NCBI GenBank assembly: GCA_050952625.1
Contig: JBMNLH010000001.1
Location: 1,152,001 to 1,216,000 of the forward strand
Source: Bacillota bacterium
GTDB lineage: Bacteria; Bacillota; Ch66; Ch109
DNA: 64,000 nucleotides
Reading direction: 5' to 3'
This document shows, one piece after another, positions 56,510 to 64,000 of this stretch (position 1 is the first letter of the stretch; each line of letters opens with the position of its first letter). The notes beneath the pieces were generated by a model, which had not been told where the DNA came from, did not search any database, and saw only the letters and a program-made list of their open reading frames with translations. The position numbers were made by a program, and so were the translations under genes.

Positions 56510-57550
56510 ATGGGTAAGGCTAAGCCTCGTAAACAACAATTGCCGGCAGAACGAAAAGAGGTTGCCGAGAAAAAAATACTCCAGCCAGCACCTATTACGG
56601 TCCCAGCACCCATGCCTTTATTGTCAACATCAGCAGGTAAATTAAATCACAGTGTTGAAGAATTATTTTTTGAAGTTGACCAAGTACATACTCTGGAAAC
56701 CCGTCTCAAAAGAAAAGATAACCTGCTGCAGCAACAGCAGAAGAAGATCCAATCTCTAAAGCAACGGATAACTCGCCTAGAGGAAGAAGCGCGTAATCGC
56801 AACCGAACCATCGCTAGTTACCAAGCTGAATTAATTCAATTCAGCAAGGATCTGGAAGATCGACAAAGTCAAATTAAAGCATTGGAGGCTAGTGTTGAGG
56901 AAATTTGCCAACAAATCGAAGATGTTCAAAAGGAAAAACAATTAACGGAGGAAGAAAAATCTCAACTTGCGACGGAATTAACCAAAGTTCAGAATAAATT
57001 AGCGATGGCCGAAAAAGAGATTGGCGGTCTGAGGACTGAACTTAAACAAAAGGTCCAGGACTCAGCTCTAATCAGTAAAGAGTTGAAGGAACAAAAAAAA
57101 GCTTATCATGAATTACAAGAGTCATTTGATGTTTTATTAGCTCAAAATACCGGTTTGGACCGGCAGGTACAAGATTTAAAACGGCTCCGAGAAGAAATGG
57201 AAAGCCGATATACTAAAACTCTTGATAACCTTAAGGCTGAAGTTAGAATTCGCCAAGGTGAGTGCAGTAAACTTCTTCGTGAATTACAAGAATTAAAAAG
57301 AGAAAGGGAGGATCTAGAAAGGCTTATCGATGGCATTGAACTAAAAGCTGAGATGTTAACCTCAAATAATGCTTCCTTACAAAGAAAGCTGGAGAAGGCT
57401 AATCGTCAAAAGTCCAATCTTGAAGGGCAACTAAATAATTGGTTGGTTCGAGGTGCAATGGCAATTGTCCGATTCTTCGGGCGATGGTCGGACGCTGAGG
57501 ATACTCAAGACACACGTGTATCCGTCGATAAGCAACAGGTTATGCTATAA
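56510..57550 (+). CDS. Long coiled-coil protein of unknown function
   Basis: Heptad-rich E/K/Q/L region of about 260 aa; ATG 56510 after SD GGGGGG. Confidence 0.8.
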   Translation: MGKAKPRKQQLPAERKEVAEKKILQPAPITVPAPMPLLSTSAGKLNHSVEELFFEVDQVHTLETRLKRKDNLLQQQQKKIQSLKQRITRLEEEARNRNRTIASYQAELIQFSKDLEDRQSQIKALEASVEEICQQIEDVQKEKQLTEEEKSQLATELTKVQNKLAMAEKEIGGLRTELKQKVQDSALISKELKEQKKAYHELQESFDVLLAQNTGLDRQVQDLKRLREEMESRYTKTLDNLKAEVRIRQGECSKLLRELQELKREREDLERLIDGIELKAEMLTSNNASLQRKLEKANRQKSNLEGQLNNWLVRGAMAIVRFFGRWSDAEDTQDTRVSVDKQQVML

Positions 57551-57575
57551 AAAAATGTAAGCAAATTACCCCCTC

Positions 57576-57608
57576 CCCTGTGTCACTCCGGTGAGCAGGG
57601 GGTTTTTT
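57576..57608 (+). terminator. Intrinsic terminator
   Basis: CCCCTG..TCAC-TCCG-GTGA.CAGGGG followed by a T-tract. Confidence 0.7.
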
Positions 57609-57720
57609 CTGGCTTTTCATAAATCTACTATGATAAATTTTAAGAATTATTTAATATGACACATTTGGCCGGTAAAAGGGTACAATAATGATGCTGATTA
57701 TTAAACAAGGGATGAGAGAC

Positions 57721-58896
57721 ATGCCTAACTCAATCTGGTTATATCGCTTGTATGATGTAGCTGAAGAAATCAACTTAAACCTCGTCGAACATATTCTAGC
57801 CGATACTCGTTCGGCTTCACGGGTCCGTTTGTACCGATTTCCCAGTCAGTCCATCTACTTTCATAACCCGCCAGTAGCCATGGTCTTAGATCAAGTTAAA
57901 GTTAGGTTAGGTTCGGCTACTTTTCAAGGTCATTTCTCAGGTAAGGTCTATGCTTTAGGAGTCATTTCTCTAATCTTAAAAATTGACCTTCCAGCAGAGG
58001 ATTATGAGTCAATTAAAGAATTAGCTTTTTTGCTAGAAGCCCAGGAAAAGATAAAAACTGATGGGGATTCGGATTACGTTAACGAAATAACGGCACCGGT
58101 GTTTTCTTCAATCCATGACTCTTCCCATTACTCTTCGGGTCAGCTTAGTAAGGTAGAAGATGGCCAGGTTGAGGCTCTTTTTTTTAATCAGATCGGTTCG
58201 GTCTGCGAAATCCTGGCTCCGGCTTTAATTAAACCTAGTCAACGTTTCTTTGTCGAGGACTACACTGTGTTCTTTTGCACCGCTTGGCAAGAGGAGTGGG
58301 ACCCGTTACCGCTGCTTTTAGGAGAAGATGGGCCTTTTAGTCCTCAACTCCGTGAGGATACCCGGCGCTACTCTTTAAGTTATAGTCCAGATGATCTAAC
58401 GATCATTACCTGGGATTCCGCTTTAGTCTACGATACTGCCGGCAGTCAGGACATTCCTTATTTGCTTGAGTTTGCTGTGTGTCAATTGTTGGAATTGCGT
58501 TATTATGACCACCGCCTAAATGAGGAAATTGCCAAAATGTATGACGCCATTGAGGAAGCCCAACAGGTTACTCCCTATCGACGGTATGGCCAGTATCGAC
58601 GAATTATGAAACAAATGATGGAACTGGTAATTGATATAAATGATATTACGGAACGGATTCAAAATTCCTTAAAGGTTACCGGAGATATCTATTACGCCCG
58701 TGTTTATCGCGCAGCCCTGGATGCCTTTCGCTCAAAGATTTGGATGGAAAGTCTTGACCGTAAAGTATCTCTCATTCAACAGAACTACAGCCTTTTAAAT
58801 AACGAAATCGTGAATGAGCGGGGAGCCCTTTTGGAATTGGCAATTGTTTTATTGATTATCCTGGAGATAGTTTTAGGACTCCTCCAGTTGTTGTAA
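57721..58896 (+). CDS. Conserved hypothetical membrane-anchored protein (RMD1/DUF155-like C-terminus)
   Basis: YRLYDVAEEINL, QLLELRYYD, D.YYARVY, C-terminal TM LELAIVLLIILEI. Confidence 0.75.
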   Translation: MPNSIWLYRLYDVAEEINLNLVEHILADTRSASRVRLYRFPSQSIYFHNPPVAMVLDQVKVRLGSATFQGHFSGKVYALGVISLILKIDLPAEDYESIKELAFLLEAQEKIKTDGDSDYVNEITAPVFSSIHDSSHYSSGQLSKVEDGQVEALFFNQIGSVCEILAPALIKPSQRFFVEDYTVFFCTAWQEEWDPLPLLLGEDGPFSPQLREDTRRYSLSYSPDDLTIITWDSALVYDTAGSQDIPYLLEFAVCQLLELRYYDHRLNEEIAKMYDAIEEAQQVTPYRRYGQYRRIMKQMMELVIDINDITERIQNSLKVTGDIYYARVYRAALDAFRSKIWMESLDRKVSLIQQNYSLLNNEIVNERGALLELAIVLLIILEIVLGLLQLL

Positions 58897-59006
58897 GGCA
58901 CGAGACGTGCCGTCTGCAATTGACCATCTGCAACATCATGTTATCTTCCCGGCCTTATTCAGCCAAATCAAACACAAGCATTGATTATTATACATTGTTT
59001 ATACTT

Positions 59007-59035
59007 AGAGACAGTAAATCGGCTGTCTTTTTTTA
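59007..59035 (+). terminator. Intrinsic terminator
   Basis: AGAGACAG-N8-CTGTCTTT followed by a T-tract. Confidence 0.65.
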
Positions 59036-59142
59036 TTTATTTTTGGTCTGTTAATAACAAAGTCAAAAAGGTCACAGTCTAGCCAGTAAATGAATATAAT
59101 GGATTAATCTTAACCCAGGATAAAAGGAGGGTTTATCCGAGA

Positions 59143-59379
59143 ATGGATAAGATATCGCACCCGGATAAAAAACTGGCCCGGGCTTATGTGCCATTTCAGG
59201 TTTACTCAACGCGGTGGGGACCGCTAGAGGGGCTAAAAAAAGGAACTATCTTCCCAGAACTCTACCATCCATACATTAAGCAAAGAAATAAATACCAGGA
59301 TAAACGGCACCACAAACATGAACAGTTGCCGGAACAATACTTGCCCGAACACCCAAAGCAGAAGTGGGGGAGGGAATAA
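59143..59379 (+). CDS. cotJA: Spore coat protein CotJA
   Basis: LARAYVPFQ, EGLKKGTIFPEL..PY. Confidence 0.92.
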   Translation: MDKISHPDKKLARAYVPFQVYSTRWGPLEGLKKGTIFPELYHPYIKQRNKYQDKRHHKHEQLPEQYLPEHPKQKWGRE

Positions 59380-59380
59380 A

Positions 59381-59641
59381 ATGATAAGCGAAGCCCAAAA
59401 AAGACTGTTGCTATCTATTCAGGCGATTGAATTCACGGCCTTAGAATTAAATCTATACCTGGATACTCATCCAGATGATAAAAAGGCCTTGTCCGATTAC
59501 AATGCCGCTAGCCGTCAATTTCTGAGTTTAAAACGTGAATATGAAGCCCGTTACGGTCCATTAACCAATTTTGGTTACGCTCCCAGTCAGTTTCCTTGGC
59601 AATGGATCAATGAACCTTGGCCTTGGGAGATTATGTTCTAA
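59381..59641 (+). CDS. cotJB: Spore coat protein CotJB
   Basis: LELNLYLDTHP, YE.RYGPL, W.W...PWPWE. Confidence 0.94.
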   Translation: MISEAQKRLLLSIQAIEFTALELNLYLDTHPDDKKALSDYNAASRQFLSLKREYEARYGPLTNFGYAPSQFPWQWINEPWPWEIMF

Positions 59642-59661
59642 AGAGAAGGGAGACTCAACTA

Positions 59662-60234
59662 ATGTGGGTGTATGAAAAAAAATTACAATACCCGGTTAGA
59701 GTTAGCGGTCCTAACCCCAAACTGGCCAAAACCATTATCACGCAATATGGAGGACCGGATGGAGAACTAGCTGCTTCTTTGCGCTACCTAACGCAGCGGT
59801 ACACCATGCCAATACCTCAAGGCAAGGCAATTCTCACGGATATTGGCACCGAAGAACTAGCCCATATGGAGATAGTGGCCGCCTTAGTTTATAATCTGAC
59901 GAAAGATGCCTCGATTGAGGAGATAAAAGCGGCCGGGATGGAAGGGTACTATGCTGATCACGACAAAGCCTTGTATTTTGTCAATGGTGATGGGGTGCCC
60001 TGGACCGCTGCCTATATCCAGTCCAAAGGAGACCCAATAACCGATTTGTATGAGAATTTGGCGGCCGAAGAAAAGGCCCGCTCAACTTATGAGTGGTTAA
60101 TCAACCTGTCCGATGATCCCTGCGTAACTGATGTTTTACGCTACTTGCGGCAAAGAGAGGTCGTTCATTTCCAGCGGTTTGGCGAAACCTTGGAGTTAGT
60201 CTACGAATATGTAAACAGTAAAAAGTATTACTAA
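59662..60234 (+). CDS. cotJC: Spore coat protein CotJC (Mn-catalase family)
   Basis: MWVYEKKLQYPV, QYGGPDGEL, DIGTEELAH, REVVHFQRFGE. Confidence 0.96.
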   Translation: MWVYEKKLQYPVRVSGPNPKLAKTIITQYGGPDGELAASLRYLTQRYTMPIPQGKAILTDIGTEELAHMEIVAALVYNLTKDASIEEIKAAGMEGYYADHDKALYFVNGDGVPWTAAYIQSKGDPITDLYENLAAEEKARSTYEWLINLSDDPCVTDVLRYLRQREVVHFQRFGETLELVYEYVNSKKYY

Positions 60235-60272
60235 AGCTATAATCATTTTAACTAATTCTTGTATAAGCCTAA

Positions 60273-60458
60273 CTACCATCGATACCCAGGTACAACCAAA
60301 AACACCATCAAGGGAGCAGTCAAAGTAAGTAGGGCTACAGTCCAAATTCCGACTGCTCCCAGCCAGTTTTTTTGCCGGGCCGCCCAGATCCCGAAACTAA
60401 CCAAATATATGGCTGAGCTAACCGTTACTAATCCACCAAAAATCATCCAGAAAACCAA
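60273..60458 (-). CDS. Small two-TM membrane protein at the end of the ger operon
   Basis: 61 aa, hydrophobic; SD GGAGGG 6-7 nt before TTG; co-oriented with the gerC-type gene. Confidence 0.75.
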   Translation of the reverse strand: MVFWMIFGGLVTVSSAIYLVSFGIWAARQKNWLGAVGIWTVALLTLTAPLMVFLVVPGYRW

Positions 60459-60506
60459 TCATCATCCCTCCATTGCCCGTAATTAATTAAGGCAGCTGCA
60501 ACTTGA

Positions 60507-61811
60507 TTATCGCGTTGCTAAGGGAGCTGTTTCATGCAACAACCCAAAATAGCGAATCCGCGTTCTGGCCTCTGCCGTAATAATTGCTTGGGGAAACTGG
60601 GTTCCTAACCAATCATATTCGCGCCACTGCTGGATAGTTAAAAACTTATGTTTTACAATTTTTCCCAAATGCAGAATATCCGCCTGAAACTCGTTTTGTG
60701 CCCGGTCAATTATATCGGCCATAAAGCCTTCTAGTTGTTGATTAATTATGGCTTCTAAAATCAACCGGTTTGACTCCTCTTCGAAATCAACAGACAAATT
60801 CTGGTTGCCCAGCAAAGTGCCATGGAGGCGAACAATGATATGAATTCTCGGTACCGGCCCGCTTAAGTCGACTTGGAACTGGGGTGACCGGTAAGCAGTC
60901 AGGTTAAAGGCTAACATTTTGCTTGGATCAAAAGGGTCTTCGGCTGAAAGATTGGTTTCATTAAAAGTACCGCGAATCAGCATCAGCCCGGTCATTTGAT
61001 CCCCATTGATGTCACCCACGTAGCGGTCATTCTGAAAGACCGCAGCCCCAATTAATTCTACGTTATTGCCCCCACTGCGGGGAAGCTCCCCGGCGTAATA
61101 GGCCCCTTCACTAACCCATTCTTCACCGGTCACTGGGGGCCCTTCCCCTTGAGGTGTTTCCCGGCGCAAACCAACCATCAGACAAACTGGGTCAGCATCA
61201 TCAGCCTTGGCATCGTTGTAAAAATAGTGAAACTGTGGTTGAGCGGGAATAAAACCGGTAAACTGGGAAAAAGCGGTCACCATTTCCGCGTGCTTGGCCG
61301 GGTTCACCTCTAATACTCGATTGTTGTTTTCTAGCAACTCTCGAGCAGTGATGCCTCGACAGACCGCGATTAAGACCGAACGGCGAAACTCCGGGTAGCG
61401 GCCCATGACCCCCAGGTAAGTCATCATTCCTTCCCGGGCTAATTCTTCGGAAAAGACAATCACCTTGAGGTGTTTTAAAGATAAACGTCGGTCCAGAAAA
61501 ATATTCATCATGGTCATGGCAGCGGTAAAGGTCGGGGCTTCCACCGAGACGTTCGCGATCGATTGCCCATCGTTTTGCGGTGAGCCCATTCCGCCATCTC
61601 CGCCAGCGGCCCCGACAATTGCTCTAGGCTTTGCGATCTGAGCACTCCAGGTCAGCTTGTTTTCTACCCCACGGTCTAAACCCAGGAAAAGGATAAAACC
61701 GGTTTCATCTACCTCCTGATAGCTCCAACATCCTGAAAAGAAAGTAGGAAAAACGCAGATCAGTAACAATAGAGCCACGGTCCGCTTCTTTTTTGCCTTA
61801 AGTTTACTCAT
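60507..61811 (-). CDS. Ger(x)C-family spore germination lipoprotein
   Basis: Lipobox FSGCW, LGLD, HLKVIVFSEELAREG, GAAVF, AD...G. Confidence 0.92.
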   Translation of the reverse strand: MSKLKAKKKRTVALLLLICVFPTFFSGCWSYQEVDETGFILFLGLDRGVENKLTWSAQIAKPRAIVGAAGGDGGMGSPQNDGQSIANVSVEAPTFTAAMTMMNIFLDRRLSLKHLKVIVFSEELAREGMMTYLGVMGRYPEFRRSVLIAVCRGITARELLENNNRVLEVNPAKHAEMVTAFSQFTGFIPAQPQFHYFYNDAKADDADPVCLMVGLRRETPQGEGPPVTGEEWVSEGAYYAGELPRSGGNNVELIGAAVFQNDRYVGDINGDQMTGLMLIRGTFNETNLSAEDPFDPSKMLAFNLTAYRSPQFQVDLSGPVPRIHIIVRLHGTLLGNQNLSVDFEEESNRLILEAIINQQLEGFMADIIDRAQNEFQADILHLGKIVKHKFLTIQQWREYDWLGTQFPQAIITAEARTRIRYFGLLHETAPLATR

Positions 61812-62928
61812 CCTGTTTCCCCTTTCCCTTTCCTGATTGCTTTGTCTGTTTTTTCGGTTGTTTCAGCTGGCAGATGATTAACATAACTGCTGGCAGCAGA
61901 AAAGCAATTATCCCGCTCCACCGCCAAGCCACATGCGTTGCTAAATGCGTCGCCTGATCAAGATCACTGGGCCAAAAGGCCAGAGAAAAGACAATTATCC
62001 CCAAGGGGACAATGAATGGTTTGTAATAGGGCAGTTTCAATAACTCAGCCAGAACAACACTTGATGTAAAAAAAAGAGCGATAAATTTGAGACAGATCGC
62101 AATCATCCAGAAAAAAGCAAAAAAAGCATCGATGCGCTGGAAGAATCTTCCTAAAGAAATTAACCGGGATGTTTGGACCACCGGGAAAATATTTTCGGTA
62201 ATCGCGGGAACGGAAAAGACCAGCAAGGTGATTAAAGCCGCTATCACATTAACTAATAGCCCCATTAGCAGGGGTTGATACCAGAAGCTCATCGGGGAAC
62301 TGGAAACCTTAATGGATGAGTAAAAAACTGCTAAAATAATAATCTCACTGAATAATCCGTGGAGCGATAAACCACCTTTCAGGATATCGCTGATGCCTGT
62401 ACCTAGTAGCGGGAATAGATTATTCCAGTTCCAAAAATTAGCACTCAAAAATAACGGTAATAATAGTCCCCCGATCACCACAGAACTAAAAACCAGAGAC
62501 ATTCGCCCCAGAGCTTCGAGACCGAGATAAGCTACTCCTAGACCGGCTAGAGTCATAAAAAGAGCGATCACCGGTGCCGGGGTATCCGGTAGATAAACCA
62601 GCGCGATTCGGTCCGCCTCAACCCGTAAAAACAGGGCACTGGCCAGGAGAAACGTGTTAAAGTAGAGTAATCCGACGCAGAAGCCCCCCGTCGGCCCCAA
62701 GACTTCTTGACCCACCCCTATCAGCCCCTTATCCGGATAATGAACCATTAAACGAGCGGGGAATAGGGTCCCAAGTGCGGCTAGTCCCCCGGCGACGATA
62801 ATGGCTAACCAGCCGGCACTCAAAGCGTAATCAGCCGCTATCGCTCCGGAAAACAAGGCATTTAAGGATATCATAATGGTAATTATACTCATGGCCTCAC
62901 GAGGGCCTATTTTACCTTGCTGGATCAT
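61804..62928 (-). CDS. GerAB-family germination receptor membrane subunit
   Basis: About 10 TMs, LP.TP, GLEALGR, NLFPLLG.G, FFQRIDA. Confidence 0.92.
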   Translation of the reverse strand: MIQQGKIGPREAMSIITIMISLNALFSGAIAADYALSAGWLAIIVAGGLAALGTLFPARLMVHYPDKGLIGVGQEVLGPTGGFCVGLLYFNTFLLASALFLRVEADRIALVYLPDTPAPVIALFMTLAGLGVAYLGLEALGRMSLVFSSVVIGGLLLPLFLSANFWNWNNLFPLLGTGISDILKGGLSLHGLFSEIIILAVFYSSIKVSSSPMSFWYQPLLMGLLVNVIAALITLLVFSVPAITENIFPVVQTSRLISLGRFFQRIDAFFAFFWMIAICLKFIALFFTSSVVLAELLKLPYYKPFIVPLGIIVFSLAFWPSDLDQATHLATHVAWRWSGIIAFLLPAVMLIICQLKQPKKQTKQSGKGKGKQDE

Positions 62929-63998
62929 TGTCTTTTCTCTCCCTCTTGATTATCCGGGTTTAGAATCCACTGTCGAGCGATCGGTGCTTGACGGTAGCGA
63001 TCCTGCGCGCTTGGAGCATCTAGCCGGCACTCTTGATTCCAGATCATGCTTTGCACCAGAATATCCTTGTTGCCCCTAGTGAAAGGTGCGACGGGGGCTA
63101 AATAAGGCACACCCATTGATTTAAGGTTACTGATTACGGCTACATGCACGACTACTCCGACCGCGATGCCGAATAAACCCATGGTTGCTCCCAAAAAAAC
63201 GTAAGCAAACCGGTAGAGACGGAGCGTAATGGACAGGGAGTAGGATGGAATGGAAAAAGAACTGATTCCGGTGATGGCAACAACAATGATAACGATAGGA
63301 TTGACCAAGTTGGCGGCTACTGCCGCTTGACCCAGGATAATTCCCCCGACGATTCCGAGAGTCGGGCCAATGATACCCGGGATGCGGACACCCGCCTCCC
63401 GAATCAACTCAAAAGCAAGCTCCATCAAGATAACCTCAACTACTGAGGGAAAAGGAACCCGTTCCCGGTTAGCCGCGATGGACAGTAGTAAATCAGTGGG
63501 GATCATTTCCTGATGAAACCCAACAATGGCCATGTATAACCCGGGCAAAAAAAGTAAAATAAGCGCGGCCATCAGGCGTACTGCCTTCAACATGGTCGCT
63601 CCTAATCCTCGTATACTGTGGTCCTCCGCAGTTTGCATCAGACTCCACAAGGATGAGGGAAAAACCAGAGCAAAGGGGTCGCCTTCCAGGAGAACTACGA
63701 CTTTTCCATCCAGCAAGGTGGCTGCAGCCCGATCCGGTCGTTCCGTAGCCATACTCAAAGGGTATATTCCCCAGGAGTTATCCTCAATATATTGCTCCAG
63801 GGCTCCGGTGCTGAGAACAGTATCAACCCGCAGTGATTGAATCCGACGTTTGATTTCTTGGACCAGATTAGGGTTAACCAGGTCTTGGATATACAGAAGG
63901 GCTAACTTATTTCGCGCCCGCAGTCCGACCGTAATATCCTCCTTAATCAAGAGTGGGTCGCGCAGGATGCTGCGGATCAAGGAGATATTGGTAGCCAG
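62925..63998 (-). CDS. GerA-family germination receptor A subunit, 5' end outside the window
   Basis: TERPDR, R..VPFP..E, ELIREAG.R.P..IG, IVGGIILGQAAV.A, GVPYLAP. Confidence 0.95.
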   Translation of the reverse strand: MATNISLIRSILRDPLLIKEDITVGLRARNKLALLYIQDLVNPNLVQEIKRRIQSLRVDTVLSTGALEQYIEDNSWGIYPLSMATERPDRAAATLLDGKVVVLLEGDPFALVFPSSLWSLMQTAEDHSIRGLGATMLKAVRLMAALILLFLPGLYMAIVGFHQEMIPTDLLLSIAANRERVPFPSVVEVILMELAFELIREAGVRIPGIIGPTLGIVGGIILGQAAVAANLVNPIVIIVVAITGISSFSIPSYSLSITLRLYRFAYVFLGATMGLFGIAVGVVVHVAVISNLKSMGVPYLAPVAPFTRGNKDILVQSMIWNQECRLDAPSAQDRYRQAPIARQWILNPDNQEGEKRQ

Positions 63999-64000
63999 GT

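Noticed and set aside
433-63840. Short antisense or nested ORFs in the track (e.g. 4672-5106, 7455-7823, 9479-9880, 41188-41565, 48895-49080, 63526-63840)
   Set aside because: They overlap well-supported genes, lack SD sequences and read as shadow frames; 48895-49080 is the antisense shadow of the 48-aa gene.

Overview
Housekeeping chromosomal window from a spore-forming, chemotactic, anaerobic Firmicute (Clostridia; the gene content suggests a Syntrophomonadaceae/Peptococcaceae-like fatty-acid oxidiser, which is inference). In order it contains: the end of an alternative heme pathway cluster (ahbA partial, ahbB, hemL), a PaaI thioesterase, cheR, etfB-etfA plus a membrane heme/Fe-S oxidoreductase (EMO/DUF224 type), thiolase, coaD, tRNA-Leu(CAG), an 11-subunit complex I without NuoEFG, an ECF sigma/anti-sigma pair, a NiCo-type riboswitch with a CDF exporter, phasin plus ABC1 kinase, an HdrA-like/MvhD-metV-metF-HdrA-like cluster, an Ala T-box with alaRT, a beta-CASP RNase, dnaD plus a helicase-loader ATPase, speE, iorAB, hisC, yyaC, an Fe-ADH, corA, a class A PBP, a Lon-like protease, an MCP, several hypotheticals, cotJABC and a GerA-family receptor operon (partial). 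I saw no mobile element, prophage or CRISPR array. The most interesting signals are non-coding or below the ORF cut-off: eight sigma-H-type promoters, a ~310-nt structured leader before etfB, a candidate ~80-nt anti-Shine-Dalgarno sRNA, a stand-alone 48-aa OadG-like peptide, a candidate MgtL-like leader peptide coupled to corA, two long hairpins between thiolase and coaD, and a 24-bp motif shared by two distant intergenic regions. All family calls and RNA folds were made by eye; no database search or folding program was run.
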